In this document: positions 1 to 6,832 of the stretch, in pieces
Numbering within the stretch: position 1 is the stretch's first letter
How the letters are laid out: each line of letters begins with the position of its first letter
Position numbers and translations under genes: made by a program
The notes under the pieces: generated by a model
Seen by the model: only the letters and a program-made list of their open reading frames with translations
The model's database searches: none
Told to the model about the DNA's origin: nothing
Source: a virus
Reading direction: 5' to 3' (one strand)
UHGV virus genome: UHGV-0192366
Length of the DNA stretch: 35,794 nucleotides

Positions 1-20
1 TTGTCCTCCCTTCACAACAA

Positions 21-269
21 TTACAATATTAAGCCGCCAAGTCTCTGTTTCTCTTCTTCCGGGATTCTCAATGCCTTGCATATCAGCCTTAATTCCCGTA
101 AATTAAATTTATCCGGCTCACGTATTTTGGCGTACAGGGTGCTTTCTGGTATGCCTGTAAGAGCCGAAAGATCATCCATCCCTATATCCTTTAACCTTTT
201 CGCATTGTCAATACTGCCACGCAAAACCCGGTTTTTTATTTCGTTTTCTCCAACTGCTGTTCTTGGCAC
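21..269 (-). CDS. small HTH DNA-binding protein (possible excisionase/regulator)
   Basis: Track ORF starts with GTG at 269. An internal ATG (~179) with an AAAGGA RBS gives a 52-aa product, MDDLSALTGIPESTLYAKI..., which has an HTH-like segment. Confidence 0.4.
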   Translation of the reverse strand: MPRTAVGENEIKNRVLRGSIDNAKRLKDIGMDDLSALTGIPESTLYAKIREPDKFNLRELRLICKALRIPEEEKQRLGGLIL

Positions 270-433
270 GTTATCAATCCTCCATTCTTTTCCTCTACTG
301 CATCCATATCTGATCTCGCTTTCAGAATATCCATGCTATTCTTGGCAAGCATAAATCCCTGTGGGTCATTTTCTGCAAGATATTTCGCTTTTTTCACCAT
401 TTCTGCAATCTCTTTTCTGTCTTTTTCGCTCAT
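236..433 (-). CDS. hypothetical early protein (65 aa)
   Basis: ATG preceded by AGGAGGT. It sits in the early operon directly downstream of the antirepressor. Confidence 0.55.
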   Translation of the reverse strand: MSEKDRKEIAEMVKKAKYLAENDPQGFMLAKNSMDILKARSDMDAVEEKNGGLITCQEQQLEKTK

Positions 434-442
434 GCGTACCTC

Positions 443-1159
443 CTATGCTGCATTTAAAAACTTATTGATAAAATACTGCTGACCTTTACCGGTTACTTTT
501 GTGGTTTTGTTAATCCGAACGGAACCATCTGGATTCATAGCTGTTGTCTCTTTCACTTCAAACAGCCCTAAATTCATAGATTTCTGTGTGGGCGAGTTCC
601 ATTCCGTTCCTTTTCTCTTACTCAGATATCCATTTTCACGCAACCACTCAAATAAGCGCTTCTGCCCTGTTTCAACGCCGTTCTGTTTCAAAATCTTCGC
701 CAGATCGCCGATTAAGATGGATGTATGACTGGTAGCGACAGCATCCGCAAATATCGCTTTCGGCTTCATTTCCTCAATTTGCGCTGTCTGCTCTTCGATT
801 GTCTTCTGCGCTTCAAGTACTGCAAGCGCAAGAAGTTCTTTACCCTGTGGAACGTGTTCTTTGATGACGTTTTCCATCTGGTGAAATCGCTTGATGTATT
901 TTGCTGTGAACTCTGTTCCTTTGACTCCCGTGAGCTTGTGGGCGATAAATTCGCACCCCTCTTTTGTGATTAGGTAGCACGGATATTCTTTTCCTCTACC
1001 ATTTACATAAGTTGATTCTGCGAAAAAATCTGACTGGGGAATTTTCCCCAGTGAAAGTTGTTCGCAATATCTACGAATATCTTTCATCAAGTCATTGTGG
1101 GCTTTCCCAACCATCTCAGCCACTTCACGGCTGTCTAATTTCTGTTGCAATTCGTTCAA
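443..1159 (-). CDS. phage antirepressor (Rha N-terminal domain plus KilA-C/ORF6C C-terminal domain)
   Basis: N-terminus SREVAEMVGKAHNDLMKDIRRY...YPCYLITKEGCEFIAHKLTG is typical of Phage_pRha. C-terminus LFEWLRENGYL...GLFEVKETTAMNPDGSVRINKTTKVTGKGQQYF matches the KilA-C/ORF6C type. TTG start with an AGGAGGT RBS. Confidence 0.8.
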   Translation of the reverse strand: MNELQQKLDSREVAEMVGKAHNDLMKDIRRYCEQLSLGKIPQSDFFAESTYVNGRGKEYPCYLITKEGCEFIAHKLTGVKGTEFTAKYIKRFHQMENVIKEHVPQGKELLALAVLEAQKTIEEQTAQIEEMKPKAIFADAVATSHTSILIGDLAKILKQNGVETGQKRLFEWLRENGYLSKRKGTEWNSPTQKSMNLGLFEVKETTAMNPDGSVRINKTTKVTGKGQQYFINKFLNAA

Positions 1160-1207
1160 TACCTTTTACCTCCTATTTTTATTGCCGTCGTAACCTCCGT
1201 GGCGGGA

Positions 1208-1236
1208 TTGCTTTCTTTTTGTTTATCTCCTATACT
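1208..1236 (+). promoter_or_regulatory. sigma-70-like promoter (TTGCTT-17-TATACT) for the plus-strand moron operon
   Basis: Hexamers and 17-nt spacer read directly. About 45 nt upstream of the AAAGGAG RBS of the 1284 ORF. Confidence 0.4.
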
Positions 1237-1283
1237 GTAAATACAGGTGTTGCAGCACCGAGTATTATGAAAGGAGATTTATT

Positions 1284-1661
1284 ATGCTTGACACATTATC
1301 AATCATTGTCAACACTACTGTATCTGTTATTTCTGCAATTATAGACTTCGCAGCCGTCCCATTGTCAGCTGCATCCGTATTTATCTTGGTGGTCGATCGG
1401 CATGAGAAAAAGGAAAGCGAAAAAATGAAACTTATCGTTACTCCCAAAAGGAAATATGCGAATAAGCAAACCGGTATGCTTTACCTTTACCTCAGTTTTT
1501 CCAACGAATCATCACTTCCTATATCTGTATTGGATATGAGACTCATGGCGTGTGATGATTATTCGGATAATTTCACAAAGTATGATGTTGCACAAGGGAC
1601 TGTATCCGTTGAAAGCATGGAAATGATTCCAACCAACAGGAGGGGGGAAACCAATTCCTGA
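1284..1661 (+). CDS. hypothetical membrane protein (N-terminal hydrophobic segments), moron gene 1
   Basis: AAAGGAG RBS 7 nt upstream of ATG. Hydrophobic N-terminus IIVNTTVSVISAIIDFAAVPLSAASVFILVV. Oriented opposite to the early operon. Confidence 0.55.
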   Translation: MLDTLSIIVNTTVSVISAIIDFAAVPLSAASVFILVVDRHEKKESEKMKLIVTPKRKYANKQTGMLYLYLSFSNESSLPISVLDMRLMACDDYSDNFTKYDVAQGTVSVESMEMIPTNRRGETNS

Positions 1662-1668
1662 TACAAAT

Positions 1669-1938
1669 GTGAAAAAAACTTCTCCAATCCCAATTGTGAT
1701 ACCTCCATATGGCGCTTACGGCGGTTATTTCGGATTTTATTTTAATAAAGAGGATGCATTCATTCTTTGTCACAAGGACGTGAGGTTAGAAATCATAACT
1801 TCTCGCAAATCATATAAAATCGAAATGAACTTAAATGCCGCTAATTTTTATGAAACGTCTTATCGTGACGATGGACTGGTGTTTGGAAAAAGCGTTATAG
1901 GCACTCTTTACGTAGACACAACGATTAAAAGCTTATAA
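1669..1938 (+). CDS. hypothetical protein, moron gene 2
   Basis: ORF directly follows the 1284 ORF. GTG start with a distant G-rich RBS. Confidence 0.35.
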   Translation: MKKTSPIPIVIPPYGAYGGYFGFYFNKEDAFILCHKDVRLEIITSRKSYKIEMNLNAANFYETSYRDDGLVFGKSVIGTLYVDTTIKSL

Positions 1939-2292
1939 AATCGTGCATTTCATTCTCGTTCTACATATTGGACAATAAGTGCTTTCCGCTTCTTCTTTGC
2001 TGCATGTTTTCAAAATTGCTGTGCAACAATTCGGACAGGTAGTTACTACGTCAATTAGCCTGTCCGCTATTGTGGTTTTTATCAGAATAGAAATGGATAT
2101 CGCAATTAAGATCAACATGAACATAAAAAATATAAGCAAAAGCACTAAAACAATTATTGGGGCTCCTGGAACTAAACTCTTAAAACCACGCATCTTTCTC
2201 ACCTCGCTTTCTACTGCTCTGTCCTCTGCATCTTCCGGGCTTGGAACCGGCTTCGGCTGCATTACAGTGCCGGAACGTTCCGGCTTATTCAA
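1933..2292 (-). CDS. hypothetical membrane protein with C-terminal zinc-ribbon (CPNCC...CPIC)
   Basis: Central TM helix IIVLVLLLIFFMFMLILIAISISILI. C-terminal Cys4 motif. Second gene after the early promoter. Confidence 0.5.
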   Translation of the reverse strand: MNKPERSGTVMQPKPVPSPEDAEDRAVESEVRKMRGFKSLVPGAPIIVLVLLLIFFMFMLILIAISISILIKTTIADRLIDVVTTCPNCCTAILKTCSKEEAESTYCPICRTRMKCTIL

Positions 2293-2488
2293 TTACTTTA
2301 TATTCGCTTACTTCTCTTTCTACAAGGACAAGCTTTCCTTCATAATTGTTTGATTCCACTAAACCATCAAAACGATTTTTTGCTTTTTCGTAACTTGTGC
2401 TTGTAAATCTGCAGGGAATTCCTTGATAACTTAATGGGATAAAAAGTTTTCCGTTTTTCACCGTTCTGATTGAATATTCTTTCTTCAT
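2285..2488 (-). CDS. hypothetical first early gene (Cro-position, no recognisable HTH)
   Basis: GGGAGAAAGAAGGAAAG RBS. It lies directly downstream of a consensus minus-strand promoter and diverges from the CI-like gene. Confidence 0.5.
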   Translation of the reverse strand: MKKEYSIRTVKNGKLFIPLSYQGIPCRFTSTSYEKAKNRFDGLVESNNYEGKLVLVEREVSEYKVIE

Positions 2489-2573
2489 GTTCTTTCCTTC
2501 TTTCTCCCCGTCATGCCGATAGGACAGCGTTTTTAATTTTGGTTTGTTGTGTTGTTTTGTTGTCTATGGTTAC

Positions 2574-2602
2574 ATTATACTGACCTTTGGTAACTTTGTC
2601 AA
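2574..2602 (-). promoter_or_regulatory. early (lytic-direction) promoter TTGACA-17-TATAAT on the minus strand
   Basis: Plus-strand tgtcaa at ~2597-2602 and attata at ~2574-2579 with a 17-nt spacer. Perfect consensus. Confidence 0.6.
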
Positions 2603-2629
2603 CTCTTTTTTGTTGCCTTTGGTAACTTT
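2584..2629. repeat. two 14-bp direct repeats CCTTTGGTAACTTT (candidate operators) in the switch region
   Basis: Copies at ~2584-2597 and ~2616-2629. The first overlaps the minus promoter spacer and -35. The second abuts the -35 of the plus promoter. Confidence 0.55.
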
Positions 2630-2634
2630 TTTTC

Positions 2635-2663
2635 TTGACTTTGACTTTTTACTGATATATAAT
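2635..2663 (+). promoter_or_regulatory. promoter of the CI-like repressor gene TTGACT-17-TATAAT
   Basis: Hexamers and spacer read directly. GAAAGG RBS, ATG at 2687. Confidence 0.6.
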
Positions 2664-2686
2664 GTAATCAGAAAGGCGGTGAATAA

Positions 2687-3085
2687 ATGTCTTACGGGAA
2701 AAGAGTATTTGATCTGAGAAAGCAGTTAAATTTAACTCTCGAGAAATTCGGTGAACCACTAGGAGTGACTAAGACTGCGATCTCTAGAATAGAGAAAGAA
2801 GAACGTACAATAACAGATCAAATGGCTAAAGCCATATGTAGAGAATATGGAGTGAACGAAGAATGGCTATTATCTGGAACAGGCGAAATGTTCAAGCAAC
2901 CATCCGATGAAATTGGGTATTATGTAGAAGATTTACTGGAATATGACGGACATGGAAATCCTTTTTACGATATGATCATAGAAATGATGAAGAAATATCA
3001 AGAACTGGATGAAAAATCAAAAACTGTTATACGAGAGTACTTCAAAAGCGTAGGTTCTGGGTTAAGTGAAAAAAGGGAAGACTAA
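2687..3085 (+). CDS. XRE-family HTH repressor, CI-like (no peptidase S24 domain)
   Basis: HTH LTLEKFGEPLGVTKTAISRIEKEE followed by the NEEWLLSG motif common in Firmicutes phage repressors. Diverges from the early promoter. Confidence 0.75.
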   Translation: MSYGKRVFDLRKQLNLTLEKFGEPLGVTKTAISRIEKEERTITDQMAKAICREYGVNEEWLLSGTGEMFKQPSDEIGYYVEDLLEYDGHGNPFYDMIIEMMKKYQELDEKSKTVIREYFKSVGSGLSEKRED

Positions 3086-3192
3086 AGTCTCCCTCTTTTC
3101 TCCAGATACCTATGTAATATCGAAACAAGCTGCTTAATGATTCTGTAGTCGTTACCATTCAGCTTGGATAACAAGATATTTAATTCGTCCAT
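3082..3192 (-). CDS. 36-aa helical peptide ORF (MDELNILLSKLNGNDYRIIKQLVSILHRYLEKRGRL)
   Basis: GGAGGG RBS 8 nt upstream of ATG. Below the ORF-track cutoff. Its stop overlaps the stop of the CI-like gene convergently. Confidence 0.4.
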   Translation of the reverse strand: MDELNILLSKLNGNDYRIIKQLVSILHRYLEKRGRL

Positions 3193-3241
3193 CGTGAGTC
3201 CCTCCTAACTGCAAAAACACATGTTCGAAATTCCTGAATAT

Positions 3242-3270
3242 ATAATACTATTTCAGTGAATAAAAATCAA
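3242..3270 (-). promoter_or_regulatory. minus-strand promoter TTGATT-17-TATTAT, flanked by inverted repeat ATGTTCGAA / TTCGAACAT
   Basis: Hexamers read on the minus strand. IR arms at ~3221-3229 and ~3279-3287 bracket the promoter. Confidence 0.45.
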
Positions 3271-3388
3271 TATTTTGTTCGAACATTTGTTCTGTTATTT
3301 TATGGCAATATTTTGCCCTCTATTAAGTAAACAATTAAAATTCGGGAAACTTACGCAAAAATGGACAATCGTCCCAGATCTGGGACAC

Positions 3389-3586
3389 TTATTTGTATGG
3401 AGAGTCGATAAGGTCAGAAATTCGGACTTTTAAGCCCCTGGCAAGCAATTCCAATGTGTCGGCTGTCGGTGATATTTCACCATTTGCAATGCGGTTGATC
3501 GTTGATTTTGATATTCCGGTCGCAATGGATACTTGCCGAGTAGATAGGTTTTTATCGAGCATGATCTTATCGAGTAGTATTTTCAT
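3389..3586 (-). CDS. small XRE-family HTH protein (Cro/SinR-like, 65 aa)
   Basis: Classic HTH LSTRQVSIATGISKSTINRIANGE. Diverges from the lipoprotein gene. Direct repeats ATACTGGAAA x2 lie in the intergenic region 3609-3641. Confidence 0.7.
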   Translation of the reverse strand: MKILLDKIMLDKNLSTRQVSIATGISKSTINRIANGEISPTADTLELLARGLKVRISDLIDSPYK

Positions 3587-3711
3587 AATATTTTAATTGT
3601 AGTATATTCCGATACTGGAAACTACAGGGAAATACTGGAAATGATATAACCGCTTCGGCGTTTATATATAGAGTAAAGTGGTGTTAATGTACATAAGAAA
3701 GTGAGGAAGCT

Positions 3712-4242
3712 ATGAAAAAGAAAATTGTAGCAATGTTATTAGTAGGAGCTATGGCATTATCCATTACAGCATGTGGTGGGGATGCCGAACCATCCAAAGA
3801 CGCCGAGGCAAAGACAGAAGCAACAACAGAGCAGAAAGAAGGATCAAAAGAAGAAGCACAGCCAGTCGATGACGGAATCATAGATTTTACAGCAGAAAAA
3901 TTTAATGTAAAATATGTACGACATGAATTTGCGAATGATTATGAGGGAAATAAATGTCTGCTTTACTATTATACCTTTACAAATAATTCGGACAAAAACG
4001 CAACAGCTGGAATTGCTGCAAACGTACAGTGTTTTCAGGACGGTGGCGAGTGTGAAATAGGAATTATGGCAGAACAGAACGACTCTATGAACAATTACGC
4101 TATAAATGAAGTGCAGCCAGGTGGAACGGTTGAAGTATGCCAGGTATATAAATTGAAGAGTGATACTGAGCTCACAATCGAAGCATCCGATATGATATCG
4201 TTTGACAACAAGAAGGATACTCAGAAAATCGCCGTGCAATAA
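3712..4242 (+). CDS. secreted lipoprotein (lipobox LSITAC); candidate superinfection-exclusion/lysogenic-conversion protein
   Basis: Signal peptide MKKKIVAMLLVGAMALSITAC-GG. GAGGAAG RBS. Located between the immunity genes and int. Confidence 0.7.
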   Translation: MKKKIVAMLLVGAMALSITACGGDAEPSKDAEAKTEATTEQKEGSKEEAQPVDDGIIDFTAEKFNVKYVRHEFANDYEGNKCLLYYYTFTNNSDKNATAGIAANVQCFQDGGECEIGIMAEQNDSMNNYAINEVQPGGTVEVCQVYKLKSDTELTIEASDMISFDNKKDTQKIAVQ

Positions 4243-4280
4243 AATAAAAACCGCCCCAGTGCTACCAACACTGAGACGGT
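4241..4280 (-). terminator. rho-independent terminator on the minus strand (12-bp stem with 2 G.U pairs, then UUUUUAUUUU)
   Basis: Minus-strand RNA folds as accgucucagug-uugguag-cacuggggcggu followed by uuuuuauuuu. The plus-strand version is weaker and has no U-tract. Confidence 0.45.
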
Positions 4281-4408
4281 CTACATATCCGAAGATATGC
4301 GATTAAAATCCAAGAATATTGTATCATCTTCGGAGCAGTCATGCAAGTGGAACATCAGTTCGCACGTTGGCTGTTATTTTTATACTTAAATTTAAAGGAG
4401 ATGACGAA

Positions 4409-5515
4409 ATGGCAACAGCAAAGCAGCTGCCCTCCGGTACATGGAGGTGTCTTGTATATAGCCACAAAGAAAAGCTATATGACAGGGAAGGAAAACCAAT
4501 TATCGACGAGAAGACAGGGAAACAGAAGGAAAAGAGAATATACGAATCCTTTACAAGCTCCCTTCCGGGGCGAAAGGGAAAGCAGGATGCAGAAGCGCAG
4601 GCGGCTACATTTCTTGCAGAGCGAGAATTTAAACAGCGCCCGGAAAACCTAAGCATAAGAGAGGCCTTTAAACGGTACATAGCCGCGAAAGAAAATGTGC
4701 TGTCAGAAACCACATTGCGCGGGTATGAGACGATTATGAACAACCAGATTGCAGATATTGCAGAAATCAGTATACGCAAGATCACACCAGAGAATGTGCA
4801 GATGTGGATCAATAATCTATCCGCAAGACTATCGCCAAAAACCGTAAAGAACGCCTATGGACTTTTTATCCCGGTAATGTCTATGTATGCCCCAGATCGG
4901 ACATTTAAAACCACCCTCCCTCAGTCGGAAGAACTAGAGTATTATACTCCATCCGATCAAGATATAGTAAATCTAATAGAGTACATTAAGGGAACAGAAC
5001 TTGAAAAAGCTGTGCTTCTGGCTGCTTTTGGCAGCCTTAGACGCGGAGAAGTGTGCGGACTCGAAAAAGAGGATATAAACGGAAATTCGATTAGAGTCCG
5101 GATTACAAGAGTGCGCGGAAGAAAAGGGATGATCGAGAAGTCACCTAAGACGAAAAAGAGTTACCGATATATTATTTTTCCAGAATTTGTTATACGAAAA
5201 TTTGATGATGTAGAAGGAAAACTTGTTAAGATGCACCCGGAAGATATCTCTAAAAAGTTTGGGCGTATACTGCAAGCGGCAGGGATACCAAAGTTCCGAT
5301 TCCACGATCTCAGACATTATACCGCATCGATCATGCACGCTATCGGGATACCTGACCAGTATATAATGAAGCGTGGCGGTTGGAAATCTGATCGCGTGTT
5401 AAAAAAAGTCTATCGCAACACGATTGATGCAGAAGACAAGAAATTTATCGATAAAGTAAACTCACATTTCGAGAACATGCAACACGAAATGCAACACGTA
5501 GAAAAAGAAGCCTGA
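4409..5515 (+). CDS. int: tyrosine recombinase / phage integrase
   Basis: AAAGGAG RBS, ATG at 4409 (the track start at 4319 is TTG). C-terminal catalytic region HDLRHYTASIM...GGWKSDRVLKKVYRNT is typical of Y-recombinases. N-terminal arm-binding-like SGTWRC. Confidence 0.9.
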   Translation: MATAKQLPSGTWRCLVYSHKEKLYDREGKPIIDEKTGKQKEKRIYESFTSSLPGRKGKQDAEAQAATFLAEREFKQRPENLSIREAFKRYIAAKENVLSETTLRGYETIMNNQIADIAEISIRKITPENVQMWINNLSARLSPKTVKNAYGLFIPVMSMYAPDRTFKTTLPQSEELEYYTPSDQDIVNLIEYIKGTELEKAVLLAAFGSLRRGEVCGLEKEDINGNSIRVRITRVRGRKGMIEKSPKTKKSYRYIIFPEFVIRKFDDVEGKLVKMHPEDISKKFGRILQAAGIPKFRFHDLRHYTASIMHAIGIPDQYIMKRGGWKSDRVLKKVYRNTIDAEDKKFIDKVNSHFENMQHEMQHVEKEA

Positions 5516-5542
5516 ATTTACGCGCATTTTAAGCAAAAATGT

Positions 5543-5567
5543 GAGGGTTCGACTCCCGCCAGGTCCA
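5543..5567 (+). other. attP core candidate: tRNA/tmRNA 3'-end-like segment (T-arm GGTTCGACTCC plus acceptor 3' strand CAGGTCC plus A73)
   Basis: GAGGGTTCGACTCCCGCCAGGTCCA lies immediately 3' of int. No D or anticodon arms upstream, so it is a 3' fragment only. One mismatch in the T-stem. Confidence 0.5.
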
Positions 5568-5572
5568 TGATA

Positions 5573-5609
5573 AAGGGAATCGCGAGAAATCGTAGATTCC
5601 CTTTTTTAT
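5573..5609 (+). terminator. rho-independent terminator downstream of int
   Basis: AGGGAATC...GATTCCCTTTTTTATT: 8-9 bp stem followed by a T-tract. Confidence 0.6.
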
Positions 5610-5716
5610 TGGCTTTATCGGATATACTATTTTATAAAAAATATAATATTTTATAATTTGTGTTGCATTTTACACTGGTATGCAACACGATATGCAACAC
5701 GAAAATGATACAATAT

Positions 5717-5896
5717 TCAGGACGGCAACTCCATCCGCCCAACACTCATATACGCTGCACGTAAAAAGGTGTGCATCATTTCGGTTGTCAAGATCATCCC
5801 TCTTGGCAGCCGGAACTTGAATGTATTACCTGGTATCTCCAAAAACTCTTGGTAAAGCAAAAATGTATCGTAAGATTCGTAGATCTGGTATTCCAT
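5717..5896 (-). CDS. hypothetical 59-aa ORF in the attP P' arm region
   Basis: GAGGGGGAA RBS 5-6 nt upstream of ATG. Upstream TTCAAT-16-TATAAT. Below the track cutoff. Confidence 0.35.
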   Translation of the reverse strand: MEYQIYESYDTFLLYQEFLEIPGNTFKFRLPRGMILTTEMMHTFLRAAYMSVGRMELPS

Positions 5897-5995
5897 GATT
5901 GTTCCCCCTCTTGCATTGATTACATATTATTATAACACAGAGGGGCTTGAATTGAATTTATTAAAAAATACATTTCACTGACAAATAATATTATT

Positions 5996-6030
5996 CCCCT
6001 CAGAGAGCTGATCTCCGAGGGGATTTTATT
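5996..6030. terminator. bidirectional hairpin terminator downstream of the amidase gene
   Basis: CCCCTC-agagagctgatct-ccGAGGGG followed by ATTTTATT. A/T-rich on both sides. Confidence 0.45.
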
Positions 6031-6832
6031 AGATAGATGTAGATGGTTTTCTGTTCAGCACCGCAAGTAATCTTGCGTGCCACGGCGCTTTCTTTGTCCA
6101 ATGATAAGATGGCATATCTCTCCCATTGTTCGCTTTGTAAATATCCATCAGGATCTTCATCTCATCCGGATGTCCCAAAGCCGTAATCTTATCATCATGA
6201 TACCAATATACACATCCTTTTCCCTCTACTGTAAACATACACTGCATAGTCTCTTCTCCTTCCTGATCTTCTGTATTCTGTTTGTTTCCATGTCCACTTC
6301 CTGCGGATGCTTTGCTGTCGATTGCCTTTGCGATCAGCTCAGCAATCCCTCTCGCTCCTAAGCTCCGGTATCTGGCCACATCGTCTGTTCCGGTGCAAAA
6401 TAATGTCTCTACGATCATACCGGGCATATTGGATGCATTCAGATCATGATAGCCGGAACTATATTTAACACCGCGGTTAACAAATCCTTTTTCTTCAAAA
6501 TTCTTGCAGATATTACTTGCGATCGTATTCATGGTCTGGTTAGATGCATCGTATAACCACACCTCTGTACCGCCAGCTGACGCCGCTCCTGCCGCATTCA
6601 TGTGCAAGGTGACATAGATATCGCATCCCGCACTATTCGCCTTATTTGTGCCGTCTGCCAGCTCGCCAGACACATTGGATGCGTTGGAATTACAATCAAC
6701 CACAGTATGACCGACAGCCTCTAACATTGGTGCGAGCTCATTGTAGATCTTCCGCACTTCTTCCTGCTCATCGATCAGACCGATCGCGCCCTTGCAATTT
6801 GGAGAGTGCCCTCCCCTTAAACCGATTTTCAT
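6029..6832 (-). CDS. N-acetylmuramoyl-L-alanine amidase (Amidase_3 family endolysin) with unassigned C-terminal domain
   Basis: N-terminus MKIGLRGGHSPNCKGAIGLIDE...GCDIYVTLHMNAAG is typical of CwlA-type amidase_3. Confidence 0.8.
   Translation of the reverse strand: MKIGLRGGHSPNCKGAIGLIDEQEEVRKIYNELAPMLEAVGHTVVDCNSNASNVSGELADGTNKANSAGCDIYVTLHMNAAGAASAGGTEVWLYDASNQTMNTIASNICKNFEEKGFVNRGVKYSSGYHDLNASNMPGMIVETLFCTGTDDVARYRSLGARGIAELIAKAIDSKASAGSGHGNKQNTEDQEGEETMQCMFTVEGKGCVYWYHDDKITALGHPDEMKILMDIYKANNGRDMPSYHWTKKAPWHARLLAVLNRKPSTSI

Larger units (their letters stand above)
5477..5702. repeat. five copies of ATGCAACAC(GA): putative integrase arm-type binding sites flanking the attP core
   Basis: Direct copies at ~5477-5487 and ~5489-5498, inside the int 3' end. 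Inverted copy at ~5660-5668. Direct copies at ~5680-5690 and ~5692-5702. Confidence 0.55.

Noticed and set aside
1-354. Plus-strand track ORFs 1..354, 501..728, 725..973 and 1012..1344 overlapping the antirepressor region
   Set aside because: They lie antisense within well-supported minus-strand genes (Rha/KilA-C antirepressor and neighbours). They lack RBSs and have low-complexity translations. Treated as spurious shadow ORFs.
4243-4290. Plus-strand terminator for the lipoprotein gene
   Set aside because: The plus-strand fold has two A-C mismatches and no downstream U-tract. The strong terminator here is on the minus strand only.
4319-4652. Extended integrase start (TTG at 4319) and overlapping 103-aa ORF 4341..4652
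   Set aside because: ATG at 4409 has a canonical AAAGGAG RBS 8 nt upstream and begins the conserved LPSGTWRC arm-binding N-terminus. The alternative frame has no RBS logic and no coding signal.
5543-5567. Calling the tRNA-like core a complete tRNA gene
   Set aside because: Only the T-arm and 3' acceptor strand are present. The sequence upstream is AT-rich int 3' end and spacer and cannot form D or anticodon arms. It is better explained as the phage-borne attP copy of a host tRNA/tmRNA 3' end.
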